DNA of 64,000 nucleotides from positions 480,001 to 544,000 of the forward strand of contig CAXXFL010000006.1 in assembly GCA_963674965.2 (NCBI GenBank), written 5' to 3'. The stretch comes from a bacterium. Lineage in GTDB: Bacteria > RBG-13-61-14 > DATKZS01. The translations under genes were made by a program, and so were the position numbers. Under the pieces are notes generated by a model. The model worked only from the letters and a program-made list of their open reading frames with translations. It made no database searches and was not told the origin of the DNA. Position 1 is the first letter of the stretch. Every line of letters begins with the position of its first letter. Shown here piece after piece: positions 9,166-19,396 of the stretch.

Positions 9166-10737
9166 ATGAGTGAAGCCGCTAAATTGGCCGAGTATCGCGA
9201 GTATAAAGTCATCGACCCCGCGACGGGGAAGGAGATCGCGTCGTATCCGCTGATGGACGCAGGGCAAGTGGACGAGAAAGTGGCGTCCGCCAGGAAGGCC
9301 TTCCCCTCCTGGAGCCAAACCAGCTTCAAGGAGCGCTCGAAAATAATGCTCGAGGCTTCCTCCTATCTGGCGGAAAACGCGGGCCGCTACGCTGACGATA
9401 TCGCGGCCGAAAACGGCAAGACGCGCTTCGACGCCCTCCTGGCCGACGTCTACGCCACGGCCGACCTCATGAAGTACGTGGCCAAGAACGCCGAGAAATT
9501 CCTCCGCCCCGTCAGGGTCTCCGCCGGCCTGGCCCTGCCTTTCCGCAAGGCCTATTTCCGCTACGAGCCCAAGGGCGTCATCGGGATCATCTCGCCCTGG
9601 AACTACCCGTTCAACCTCTCGGCCGGGCCCGCGGTCCAGGCCATCATGGCGGGGAACTCGGTCGTGCTCAAGCCGTCCTCCCAGACCACCAGGAGCGGGA
9701 TCATCACCAAGGAGATACTCGGCCGGGCGGGCCTTCCAGAGGGAGTCATCGAGGTGGTAACGGGAAGCGGCTCGGTATCGGGCCAGGCCCTTATCGAGCA
9801 TGACGACCTGGACATGCTCTATTTCACGGGCTCGACCCAGGTGGGGCGCGAGATATACATCAAGGCCGCCGAGCGCATTATCCCCGCCGTGATGGAACTG
9901 GGAGGAAACGACGTGGCCATCGTGACCAAAAACGCCGATCTCGAGCGGGCCGCCAACTGCCTGGCCTGGTCGTCCTTTACCAACTGCGGCCAGACCTGCA
10001 TCTCCACCGAGCTCATCCTGGTCCAGCGCGAGGTTTACGACAAGTTCGTCGAGAAGTACACCCAGGTCGTAAGCGCCATCAACCTGGGCAAGGAGGCGGG
10101 CGAGATCGGGGCCATGACCATGTCGTCCCAATTGAAGATCGTGGAGGACCAGCTCGAGGACGCCAGGCAAAAGGGCGCGAGAATCCTGACCGGCGGCAAG
10201 AAGCCGGAGGGACCGGGCCTTTTTTACCCGCCCACCGTCATCGTCGACGCCAAGCCGGACATGAAGCTCATGAAGGAGGAAACCTTCGGGCCCCTCAAGC
10301 CCATCGTCGCCTTCGATAACATCGACGAGGCCATCGAAATGGCCAACGACTCCGAGTACGGTCTCTCGGGATCGGTCTTCACCAAGGACCTCGAGGAGGG
10401 CAGAAAGATCGCCTACCGTATCAAAACCGGCTCGGTCAATATTAACGACTCCATGATGACCCCCGCCATCCCGGCCCTGCCCTTCGGCGGCGTGAAGAAG
10501 TCGGGCATCGGCAGGAACCACGGCCGCCAGGGCATGAGGAACTTCTCCGATATCAAGTCCGTCACCGAGTATAGCGGCGGCGTCAAAAGGGAACTCTTCT
10601 GGTACCCCATCCCGCCCGGCGCCGACAAGCTCATCGAGAAAGTCCTCGTGATCCTCTACTCTAATAAAATCTCCGCCAAGGTCTCGGCGGCGTTGTCGTC
10701 AATCGGGCTGGCGGGGAAGTTGTATAGGAAGATGTGA
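9166..10737 (+). CDS. Aldehyde dehydrogenase family protein
   Basis: PWNYP, FTGS, MELGGND, NCGQTCIS, EETFGP, PFGGVKKSG; GGAGG RBS. Confidence 0.95.
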   Translation: MSEAAKLAEYREYKVIDPATGKEIASYPLMDAGQVDEKVASARKAFPSWSQTSFKERSKIMLEASSYLAENAGRYADDIAAENGKTRFDALLADVYATADLMKYVAKNAEKFLRPVRVSAGLALPFRKAYFRYEPKGVIGIISPWNYPFNLSAGPAVQAIMAGNSVVLKPSSQTTRSGIITKEILGRAGLPEGVIEVVTGSGSVSGQALIEHDDLDMLYFTGSTQVGREIYIKAAERIIPAVMELGGNDVAIVTKNADLERAANCLAWSSFTNCGQTCISTELILVQREVYDKFVEKYTQVVSAINLGKEAGEIGAMTMSSQLKIVEDQLEDARQKGARILTGGKKPEGPGLFYPPTVIVDAKPDMKLMKEETFGPLKPIVAFDNIDEAIEMANDSEYGLSGSVFTKDLEEGRKIAYRIKTGSVNINDSMMTPAIPALPFGGVKKSGIGRNHGRQGMRNFSDIKSVTEYSGGVKRELFWYPIPPGADKLIEKVLVILYSNKISAKVSAALSSIGLAGKLYRKM

Positions 10738-10962
10738 GGGAAGCCCCAGGTAACGCGCGCGGGTACCGCGAGAAAGAATCGTTTTTTGAGCCGCCGCGGG
10801 AATCGAGAGGTAAGGAACAACGATGACCCGCTAAAAAAAATTGATAAAGGCAAGCCCTGATAAGCGGAAATATAAAAAAGAAATCTTCCGGCGCGTCTCT
10901 GATTGTCTTTTCAAAAATATTGGCCTTTATGGCCGATCCTCGATCAAAATTTTTCAGTTCCA

Positions 10963-10980
10963 TGTATATTTTAATATACA
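10963..10980. promoter_or_regulatory. Palindromic candidate operator
   Basis: TGTATATT-TT-AATATACA with perfect 8-bp arms, ~105 bp upstream of the ankyrin gene. Confidence 0.45.
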
Positions 10981-11086
10981 AGCGGTCAAATGAAGGGGGA
11001 AGCTTTTCTAAAGCAATCCCCTCTTTCAAATCGTGTTATTATCTATAGTGGCTCACGCTTTTGCCGGCGTGGAGCGGGCGGCCCAA

Positions 11087-13819
11087 ATGAACAAGAGGAA
11101 AAAGGTCCTTCTGTCACTATTAATCCTTTTCTTGGCGCTATCATTTTGCCAGAGGCGAGAGCTTTATGATTTTTTCGCTGGTTGGGAAGAAAACCTGGAG
11201 TTTGCGGCCGACCGGTATTATCACATCCGGACCAGCCGCATGGATTTCATGGGCATTCATTACGTGGCCTCGCGAGGACAGGCCGAGGCCGCCAAAAGGA
11301 TACTGGAGAAAAATCCCGGGGCGGCCGACTCCAGGGATTATCGAGGCCGGACCCCAATCTTCAAGGCGGTAAAAAGGGGAAGCTACAAGACCCTGGAAGT
11401 GCTTCTTTCAGGCGGGGCCGACGTGGCCGCCCGGGACTACCTGGGCAAGACCTGCATGGACGTCCTGGCCGAAAGCTCTCCCGCCATGTCCGCCCATCGG
11501 CGCGAGCTGGTCGAATCCGAGTTGTCCCAGTGGCGACACCGGCGCGCCTCCGCCGAATACGCCGAGCTTAAGAAAATAATAATAGCGGGAGACTTGAAAC
11601 GCCTTCGCTACTCCTGGAAAAAAATACCCCCCGAGATTGGCGAGATAATAGTCCAAAAGGACAACGAGCGGACGCCAAGTCTTTTAAAGGTGGCGGCGGA
11701 AAAAGGCGACGCCGATATATGTCTTTTCCTTGTCTCCCTGGGCCAGGACCCTTATCGCGCCGATTCCCGCTCTCCATCCGCTCTCTCCCGCGCCGCGAAA
11801 AACGGCCACGTCGAGGCGGTCGAGGCTTTGTTGACCAACCGCCCGAGCCTCCGAAATGAGGACGCTCCCGCCAACGACCCGGTCATGGCCGCGCTTAAAG
11901 CCGGACGTCCAGAGGTGGTAAAGACGCTTATCCGGCGCGGGGCCGACTATTCGGCCGTGGATGAAAAAGGGCGTTCCATACTCCACCTGGCGGTCGAAAG
12001 CGGCATGGACGACCTGGCCGGGTTTCTGGCCCTCAAGTCTCGTTTGGCGAATAAAAAGGACAAAGGCGGTTTGACTCCCCTTTTTTACGCTCTGTTCGCG
12101 GGCAAGGTCGAACTGGCCAGGACCATGATAGACAACCGGGCCGACCTCGGCTTGTGCGACGGCGAGATGCTTCTCATCCACGCGGCCCAAAAGGGAGACC
12201 TTAAGACGGCCTCTTTCCTTCTGGACCATGAGGATGGAAATTACATGGATATCGACGGCCAAAGCTCGCTTGGAAAAACCGCCCTCTTCGCCGCGGCCGA
12301 AAAAGGCGAGGAAAAGGTCGTCGATTTCCTGTTAAGCCGAGGCTCCCTGGCCGATGCTCGCAACGAGCGGGATGGCATGACGGCCCTGCATGAGGCCGCC
12401 TCGCTCAATTACCTGGGGGTCGTCAAGGTCCTGCTGGACAAGGGCGCCGACGTGAACGCCCTGGATGACAAGGCCTACTCTCCATTGCATTACGCCGCCG
12501 CCAACGGGCGGCTGGAGACCATCGAGGAGTTAGCCCGGCGCGGGGCGCGACTGGATGGAAGTTCCCACGGGCCCGCTCAGCCGCCTCCCCTGGCTTTCGC
12601 CGTGTCTTCCGGCATGGCCGAGGCCGTGACTTTGCTTCTCGATCTTGGCGCCGGGGCCGTGAACGCCCGGCTCGACTCGGAGCCAGGCGGCGAGGACCAG
12701 GCGAAATTATCGAACGCCTCTCTACTTCACCTGGCGGTTGGCCGCCGCGACAAGGACATAGCCCGGACCCTGATCGAGCATGGGGCCGACCCTAACGCCG
12801 GAGATTGCCGCGCCGAGTTCATGGGTAATTCCCACGAGGATATAACGCCCCTTCAACTGGCCTTGCTTGCCGAGCGCGAAATATCCATCGACATGCTCGA
12901 GACCCTTCTAGAGGGGGGAGACGGCCTCGAGAAGACGGACTCCCTGGGCCGAACCGCTCTGATGTACGCCGCGTACGGAGGATCAAAGGACGCGATCGAG
13001 TTTCTCCTTGAAAGAGGCGCCGATCCCGACGCCAGGGACCGGGATGGAAGGACGGCCCTGCATTGGTTCGCCATGGGTCCGCACAGATACTGGTGGAGAG
13101 GCAATACCGACCTGGAAGCGGCGAAAGTCCTTCTTGCCTCGCCGGCCGAGATTAACGCCCCGGATAATGACGGGAATTTGGCGCTTCACCTGGCGGCAAA
13201 CAAGGGAGACTCTTCTCTAATCGGGATTCTTTGCGAACATGGCGCCAACCCGAACCTAAGAAATATAAAAGGTCTCAACTCGATACACCAATTGTCCGGC
13301 GTCGACCGCCGCATATTTGGTGAATGCTTGGAAGCGCTGGTCGCCGGAGGAGGAGACGTGGACGCCAGGTTCCCCGACGGTGAAACCTTCCTTCTCAAGG
13401 CCGCGAAAATGAGAAATCACTTGGCCATCGAAGAACTGCTGAAAGCGGGAGCGGACGTTAGGCTTAAGGTGAGGAGCTTTGTCATCGATGACGTCGAATT
13501 TAAGGAATCCACATTTCTTCATCTCGCCGCCGCCCAATATGACCCAAGGCTTACAAGCGCCCTTTTAAAGACGGATGCCGACGTGAACGCGCCGGATAAA
13601 GACGGCAAAACTCCATTGCATTGGATGGTCCCCACCCTGGAAGATTATCAATCCGACAACTATTTGGCCGAGTACCCGTCTCTCGCGGCTCTCCTTGAAA
13701 GAGGCGCCGATCCCCGCCGCAAGGATAACGCGGGCAAATCCCCTCTCGACCTCGCCCGAGAACTCGGCAACCGCGGCCTGATTACCGCGCTGGAGGAATC
13801 GCGCGGGGAGAATGAATGA
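11087..13819 (+). CDS. Large exported ankyrin-repeat protein (~910 aa)
   Basis: MNKRKK plus hydrophobic stretch ending LSFC; many G.TPLH/TAL..AA...GAD.NA.D repeats throughout. Confidence 0.9.
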   Translation: MNKRKKVLLSLLILFLALSFCQRRELYDFFAGWEENLEFAADRYYHIRTSRMDFMGIHYVASRGQAEAAKRILEKNPGAADSRDYRGRTPIFKAVKRGSYKTLEVLLSGGADVAARDYLGKTCMDVLAESSPAMSAHRRELVESELSQWRHRRASAEYAELKKIIIAGDLKRLRYSWKKIPPEIGEIIVQKDNERTPSLLKVAAEKGDADICLFLVSLGQDPYRADSRSPSALSRAAKNGHVEAVEALLTNRPSLRNEDAPANDPVMAALKAGRPEVVKTLIRRGADYSAVDEKGRSILHLAVESGMDDLAGFLALKSRLANKKDKGGLTPLFYALFAGKVELARTMIDNRADLGLCDGEMLLIHAAQKGDLKTASFLLDHEDGNYMDIDGQSSLGKTALFAAAEKGEEKVVDFLLSRGSLADARNERDGMTALHEAASLNYLGVVKVLLDKGADVNALDDKAYSPLHYAAANGRLETIEELARRGARLDGSSHGPAQPPPLAFAVSSGMAEAVTLLLDLGAGAVNARLDSEPGGEDQAKLSNASLLHLAVGRRDKDIARTLIEHGADPNAGDCRAEFMGNSHEDITPLQLALLAEREISIDMLETLLEGGDGLEKTDSLGRTALMYAAYGGSKDAIEFLLERGADPDARDRDGRTALHWFAMGPHRYWWRGNTDLEAAKVLLASPAEINAPDNDGNLALHLAANKGDSSLIGILCEHGANPNLRNIKGLNSIHQLSGVDRRIFGECLEALVAGGGDVDARFPDGETFLLKAAKMRNHLAIEELLKAGADVRLKVRSFVIDDVEFKESTFLHLAAAQYDPRLTSALLKTDADVNAPDKDGKTPLHWMVPTLEDYQSDNYLAEYPSLAALLERGADPRRKDNAGKSPLDLARELGNRGLITALEESRGENE

Positions 13820-14197
13820 ATTGCTTTGAGAGCCGCGGCGGCCGATCGGTTTTTTTACCTTCTCATTTTCGCGATAGCGCGATTGACGTCATTGCCTTTG
13901 CTCGGCCGTGACAGGCATGAATATGACCCTGTATTCCTCTATTTTACAATCCATCGAATTCACGGGAACGATCATTATTCCCTTTATGGACTTCATGGCT
14001 ATCTAATCCGGATAGTTGGCAACTGGAATAATTATCTTCTTTTATTTAAATGCCGTTCATAAGTAACTTTATTTAAAAGCATTTTTACAATATCTTTTAT
14101 CTTTTTTCCCGCGAGAGCAATATTTGCGCCTTTCACTGGCAAAAAAATTAAAATCGTGTTACCGTAAATAGATCGATTAACCTCAGGAGTGGAAATT

Positions 14198-15139
14198 ATG
14201 CGCTATATCATTCCAGTTTCGCTGGTTGTTATTTTTCTTTTAGCCCCGTCAGTCTTAATAAAGGCGCGGGATATAGACGCGCCGGCAATTTCCGCGGGAG
14301 ATACCGTTTCAAAAATTGACGGAACAGCCACTGAAAACCAGCCATCGAAAGCGGGTACGGTAAAAGATGACGGTGATGCAAATCGCAAGTCTGAAAATAT
14401 AATTCCACCTAAAACCGATGAAGCACAAACCAGCGACCTTGTGCCCCGCTTGATGGGCCTTATGGAGGCGGGTATCGACTGGGTCCTCTGGCTGCTCTTT
14501 GGACTTGGCGCCATATGTCTTTTTCTTTTTATCGAGCGGACAATCTATTTCCTTATATACGCCGGCGGAGTCGCGAGAGCGCGGGAGACTCTTTGCGAGC
14601 ATCTTTCCCAGGGAGACTTGAAAAGGGCTCACGACTATTTCAAGGGCCGCCGGGAGATAGCGGCGAGGATAATCACTGAAGCCATTTCCAACGGCGGATG
14701 CGCTCCCGAGGCGGTGGCGGAAATGATAGACGGCCGGCTGATAGTGGAGCGGCAACGCCTGGAGCGCGGCTTAAGCGTGGTGGGGACCATAGGTTCCAAC
14801 GCGCCCTTTATCGGCCTTTTTGGGACGGTTCTTGGCATCATAAAAGCTTTCCATGATTTGTCCATCGCTCAGCAGGCTGGACCGGCGGTGGTGATGTCCG
14901 GAATCTCCGAGGCCCTGGTCGCCACCGCCATTGGGCTTTTGGTGGCCATCCCGGCGGTAGTGGTCTTCAACGTCTTCAAGGCCCGCTCGCGATCAGTTAT
15001 CGCGGGAGCGGAATCGGTTTTCAAACTCTACCTTAGTCATCAGTTGAATATCTGCCTCGGCGGGATGGAGAAATATTCTTCTCACCAGCCTCAACTCGAG
15101 GGCGGCGCGTTCGAATCGGAGTCGCTTCATGAAATCTAA
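14198..15139 (+). CDS. exbB: MotA/TolQ/ExbB proton channel with N-terminal extension
   Basis: TIGSNAPFIGLFGTVLGI, GISEALVATAIGLLVAIPA. Confidence 0.92.
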   Translation: MRYIIPVSLVVIFLLAPSVLIKARDIDAPAISAGDTVSKIDGTATENQPSKAGTVKDDGDANRKSENIIPPKTDEAQTSDLVPRLMGLMEAGIDWVLWLLFGLGAICLFLFIERTIYFLIYAGGVARARETLCEHLSQGDLKRAHDYFKGRREIAARIITEAISNGGCAPEAVAEMIDGRLIVERQRLERGLSVVGTIGSNAPFIGLFGTVLGIIKAFHDLSIAQQAGPAVVMSGISEALVATAIGLLVAIPAVVVFNVFKARSRSVIAGAESVFKLYLSHQLNICLGGMEKYSSHQPQLEGGAFESESLHEI

Positions 15140-15530
15140 GTGGGATGATGAGGAGGTTATAGCCGACATCAACGTCACTCCTCTCGTTGATATCATGCTC
15201 GTGCTATTAATTATCTTCATGGTAACCACGACTTTTATGCTGTCGCCGTCGATACCCGTTGAACTTCCCAGGGCCATGTCCGCCGAGGACCCGCCGGCGC
15301 GGGCCTTCGCCCTGGTCCTGGACAAGGACGGGACCCTGTATCTTAACGGCAACGAGACTTCTTTCAAGGAGGCCTCGGCCGAGTTACAAAGAGCTCTGGA
15401 TCGGGACCCCAAGATGCAGGCGATAATCGCGGCGGACGGCTCCGTCGATTATCAGAGCGTTATCAGTCTGATCGACCTGGTAAAGTCATCCGGCGTCAAG
15501 GACTTCGCCCTTAACGTGCAAAAAGAGTAA
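15129..15530 (+). CDS. exbD: ExbD/TolR
   Basis: INVTPLVDIMLVLLIIFMV; AADGSVDY. Confidence 0.93.
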   Translation: MKSKWDDEEVIADINVTPLVDIMLVLLIIFMVTTTFMLSPSIPVELPRAMSAEDPPARAFALVLDKDGTLYLNGNETSFKEASAELQRALDRDPKMQAIIAADGSVDYQSVISLIDLVKSSGVKDFALNVQKE

Positions 15531-15533
15531 ACC

Positions 15534-16376
15534 ATGGAACGAAGGTTAATTATAAGGGGCGCAAGTCGGTCGAGTCGGGCGGCAAACGGCCTTCGAGGCG
15601 AGCCGCTCAGATATTCATGGAAGGAAGAAAGATATCTCGCTTTGCGCGCTTTCGCGCTTGTCTTAGCGGTGACGGTCATCCTGGCCGGCGCTCGTGGTCT
15701 CTCCAAGGCTTCAACGTCGCCCTCCAGGCGCGACGCGTCATATCTGGTGAAGATTACCGATCGGAAAATCGACTTTCCCTCCGCGAAGCCGCCACCCGCT
15801 CCAGACCCGATCAAGCCCGAGGTAATCCCCGAGCAACCGGCCCCCAAGCCGCCGCCGAAGGCCGTCAGGAAGAGGAAACCCAGACGAAGCGCCAAGGAGG
15901 CGGCGATAAAATCGAGGCCTCGGACTCACAAGTCCGCCGATGAACCATCGGACAATCCCCCAAAAGAAGTATTCGGCGTGGACGCAAACTCGGTGGTAAA
16001 GGGAGGCGGCCAATCCACTCCCGTGGGCAATACCTTAATGAAGGAACCCGAGAGGGAATTTACGCCCCCTTGGAAGGTCAAGAGCGTCTACAATCCTCCC
16101 GAGGTGGATAAGGCCCCCCGATATAAAAAGGTGATCAAGCCCTCCTATCCGCGACCCGCCAGAATTCAAGGCGTGGAGGGAGTCGTAAAGATCAGCCTGG
16201 TCGTGGATGAAAATGGGAACCCGACTAGAATCAGAGTCACGAAAGGAATAGGCCACGGCTGCGACGAGGCCGCCCTTCGAGCGGTGGGGAATTATCGGTT
16301 CTATCCCGGTATTATCGACGGCCGGCCGGTCAAGGTCAGGGTCGTCGTCCCTGTGAGGTTTAGCCTCAATGATTGA
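15534..16376 (+). CDS. tonB: TonB energy transducer
   Basis: TM anchor, Pro-rich linker, PSYPRPARIQGVEGVV, C-terminal VPVRFSL. Confidence 0.9.
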   Translation: MERRLIIRGASRSSRAANGLRGEPLRYSWKEERYLALRAFALVLAVTVILAGARGLSKASTSPSRRDASYLVKITDRKIDFPSAKPPPAPDPIKPEVIPEQPAPKPPPKAVRKRKPRRSAKEAAIKSRPRTHKSADEPSDNPPKEVFGVDANSVVKGGGQSTPVGNTLMKEPEREFTPPWKVKSVYNPPEVDKAPRYKKVIKPSYPRPARIQGVEGVVKISLVVDENGNPTRIRVTKGIGHGCDEAALRAVGNYRFYPGIIDGRPVKVRVVVPVRFSLND

Positions 16377-17385
16377 GCGCGGCCTGACGGCGGCTTACTT
16401 CCAGAGCTTGCGCAAAAAACGCGCTCTTTTGCTCGTCCTGATTCTGTTGATTCTGATTGTGGCCGTGTACGCCATAGTCCAGGGGGCCTATGAGATTTCG
16501 ATAAAGGAAGTCCTGCTGGCCCTGACCGGACAATCCGAGGGACCAAATCGCGTGGTAGTGACCAGCATCCGCCTCCCGCGGGTCGCCGCTTCCATTGTCT
16601 GCGGAGTCTGTCTCTCCCTTTCGGGCTTGTGTTTGCAGTCGGTGCTGAAAAACCCTCTTGCCTCGCCCATGACCCTGGGTATAAACCATGGCGCCGCTTG
16701 CGGAGCGGCTTTGTCCATTGTCTTTTTCGGCTCCCGGGTATTTTCGACTACGGCCTTTGCCTTCATTGGCGCCATGTCGGCGACCATGGTCATTCTCGTT
16801 CTGGGCAGGCTCAAACGCCTGTCGGCCGAGGCCATTATTTTAGCCGGCGTGGCCATGTCGTCGTTTTTCCTGTCGGCCACCACTCTGATTCAATACCTGG
16901 CCTCGGAGACCGAGCTGGCCATGGTGGTTTTCTGGACCTTTGGCGACGTTGCGCGCTCGAGTTGGAAAGAGATCGGCCTTACGGCCGTTGCCGCTTTTCC
17001 CGCCCTGGTCTTGCTTTATATTTTCAGATGGGACCTTAACTCCATGGCCTCGGGGGAGGAGACCGCCAAGGGACTGGGGGTCAACGTTGAACGACTGAGG
17101 CTGGGGGGTTTAATCGGAGCCGCCCTGGTGGCGGCCCTGGCCACCGCTTTTCACGGGAACATCAACTTCCTCGGGCTGATCGCCCCCCATATCGCCAAGC
17201 GGATGGTCGGCGAGGACCACGGAATTCTGATTCCGGTCACGGTGGCGGTCGGGGCGCTGCTCATGCTCACCGCCGACACGGCGGGCAAGGCGGTGGTCGG
17301 GTCGGGCGCCCTGCCCGTGGGCGTGATCACCTCTTTTCTGGGCGCTCCCATGTTTATATACCTCCTGGTGAAGGGGTACAAATGA
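16369..17385 (+). CDS. FecCD-family ABC permease
   Basis: IRLPR, KNPLASP, GEETAKGLG, FLGLIAPH, LPVGVITSFLGAP. Confidence 0.93.
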   Translation: MIERGLTAAYFQSLRKKRALLLVLILLILIVAVYAIVQGAYEISIKEVLLALTGQSEGPNRVVVTSIRLPRVAASIVCGVCLSLSGLCLQSVLKNPLASPMTLGINHGAACGAALSIVFFGSRVFSTTAFAFIGAMSATMVILVLGRLKRLSAEAIILAGVAMSSFFLSATTLIQYLASETELAMVVFWTFGDVARSSWKEIGLTAVAAFPALVLLYIFRWDLNSMASGEETAKGLGVNVERLRLGGLIGAALVAALATAFHGNINFLGLIAPHIAKRMVGEDHGILIPVTVAVGALLMLTADTAGKAVVGSGALPVGVITSFLGAPMFIYLLVKGYK

Positions 17386-18134
17386 GGCTTTCGGTTGAGG
17401 ACCTTCGATTTTCCTACTTCAGCGAGACCACGCTGGAGAACGTGAGCTTCACTCTTCATGAAGGCGAGATCATGAGCATCCTCGGGGTGAACGGGGCGGG
17501 GAAATCCACCCTGCTCAAGTGCGTGAACAGGATACTCAAGCCGAAGGGCGGCTCCGTCCTGGTCGACGGCGAGGACGTTCTGAAATTAGGCCGCAGGCGG
17601 ACGGCCCGGAGAATAGGGTACGTGCCTCAAAACTGCTCCGAAACGGGCCTCACCGTTTTCGAGACGGTACTCATGGGCAGAAGGCCTCACGTCCAGTGGG
17701 CCATGACCGACAACGACTATCGCCTGGTTGAAGAGACCATGCAAAGGATCGGCATCGAGCACCTGGCCATGCGGCCGGTCCATGAACTCAGCGGCGGGGA
17801 GGCGCAAAAGGTCGCTATTGCCCGGGCCCTGGCCCAGTCTCCCCGGCTGCTTCTGCTGGACGAACCCACCAGCAGCCTGGACCTGAAAAATCAGCTCGAG
17901 GTGATGGAGCTTATCCGATCGATTGTGGCCGGACGAGGATTGTCGGCCTTGGTCGCGATTCACGATATCAACATGGCCCTGCGCTTTACGGATAAATTCC
18001 TCTTCTTAAAGGACCGCGAGATTTTCGCCATCGCCGACAAGAACCGGCTGAGCGCGGAGATTATCAGCGAGGTTTACGGAGTAAAGGTGTCGCTGGAGGA
18101 GTTCGGCGGTAACGCCATCCTTGTCCCGCTGTGA
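17382..18134 (+). CDS. Metal-chelate ABC ATP-binding protein
   Basis: [26 protein letters not shown]. Confidence 0.95.
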   Translation: MRLSVEDLRFSYFSETTLENVSFTLHEGEIMSILGVNGAGKSTLLKCVNRILKPKGGSVLVDGEDVLKLGRRRTARRIGYVPQNCSETGLTVFETVLMGRRPHVQWAMTDNDYRLVEETMQRIGIEHLAMRPVHELSGGEAQKVAIARALAQSPRLLLLDEPTSSLDLKNQLEVMELIRSIVAGRGLSALVAIHDINMALRFTDKFLFLKDREIFAIADKNRLSAEIISEVYGVKVSLEEFGGNAILVPL

Positions 18135-18150
18135 ATTCAAGGAGATGAAA

Positions 18151-19245
18151 ATGAAGAAAATCGCTCGCTTGTCGTTCCTGATGGTTTTATTAACGAGCTT
18201 CGCGGCCTTTGGCTCGGGCGAGAAAACCGTGACGGTCACCGACATGGCCGGCCGGGAGGTCACGGCCCCCTTTGATCCCGCGAGAATCGCGTGCATCAGT
18301 CCGGGAACGCTCAGGCTTATCGTATACCTCCAGGCGGAACAAAAGGTCGTGGGCGTGGAGGAGATGGAGAAGATGACTTCACGGGGTCGGCCATACTGGA
18401 TCGCCCATCCCGAGCTGGCCGAGCTGCCTCGATGCGGACCGGGAGGTCCCTCGAGCATCAACAAAAAGCCGGACCTGGAAGCCTTGCTTTCCGTCAAGCC
18501 CCAGGTGATTTTCGTAACCTACATGGACGCGGCAATGGCCGACGAGGTGGAGAAGACTATCGGCGTGCCGGTGGTGGTGTTGAGCTACGGGTCCTTTGCG
18601 ACTTTCGATGAAACGGTTTACGACGCCCTGCGCGTGGCGGGCAAGGTCCTGAATCGGGAAAAGCGGGCCGACGAAGTGGTGGCCTACATCGAGTCGCTGC
18701 GAAGGGACCTGGCCAAAAGGACCAGCGGGCCGGCCGATGCGGATAAGCCGTCCGTGTACGTGGGCGGCATTGGCCATCGCGGGGCTTATGGACTTGAAAG
18801 CACGGAGTCGAGCTACATTCCCTTCGATTGGGTGGGAGCCGACAACGCGGCGGAAAAAGCCGAGGCCGCGGCCGGGAGCCACGTGTTCATGGACAAGGAA
18901 ACCCTTCTGAAACTCGACCCGGACGTAATCTTTATCGACGGCGGGGGCCTGGTCCTGACCAGGAAGGACTATAATAAAAAGCCGGAATTCTACAACGCCT
19001 TGAAGGCCTTTCAAAACGGGCGGGTATACACGCTTTTGCCTTTCAATTACTACACCACCAATATAGGGACCGCCATGGCCGACGCCTACGCGATCGGCAT
19101 GATCCTTTATCCAGACCGGTTCGAAGACGTGGACGTGGAAAAAAAGGCCGATGAAATATACGGCTTCCTTGTCGGGTCCCCAGTATACGGGCGGATGAAA
19201 GAGGACTTCGGGCCCATTGGGAGCAAGCCGACCTTTTTGAAATAA
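18151..19245 (+). CDS. Class III (FecB/BtuF/HemV-like) substrate-binding protein
   Basis: Signal peptide, TDMAGREV, DLEALLSVKPQVIF, LKAFQNGRVY. Confidence 0.9.
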   Translation: MKKIARLSFLMVLLTSFAAFGSGEKTVTVTDMAGREVTAPFDPARIACISPGTLRLIVYLQAEQKVVGVEEMEKMTSRGRPYWIAHPELAELPRCGPGGPSSINKKPDLEALLSVKPQVIFVTYMDAAMADEVEKTIGVPVVVLSYGSFATFDETVYDALRVAGKVLNREKRADEVVAYIESLRRDLAKRTSGPADADKPSVYVGGIGHRGAYGLESTESSYIPFDWVGADNAAEKAEAAAGSHVFMDKETLLKLDPDVIFIDGGGLVLTRKDYNKKPEFYNALKAFQNGRVYTLLPFNYYTTNIGTAMADAYAIGMILYPDRFEDVDVEKKADEIYGFLVGSPVYGRMKEDFGPIGSKPTFLK

Positions 19246-19311
19246 AAAGAGACCGCCGTCCGTTACGTTGCGTATCGATTTTTGATTCCGAACCATGTCC
19301 CGAATTATTCA

Positions 19312-19357
19312 TTGACAAGCGCGCGGTCGCGTGCTATTTTATTTAAATTCGTAACAA
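19312..19357 (+). promoter_or_regulatory. sigma70 promoter overlapped by a candidate NikR-type operator
   Basis: TTGACA-N17-TATTTT with TGn; GTGCTAT-N13-GTAACAA (19331-19357) versus the deltaproteobacterial NikR consensus GTGTTAC-N13-GTAACAC as I recall it. Confidence 0.55.
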
Positions 19358-19396
19358 GCCATTCGGCCTGACAATTCAGATGTATGGAGGGTAACG

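Noticed and set aside
13960-14040. Possible Fur boxes before exbB
   Set aside because: Only half-site matches in AT-rich DNA.
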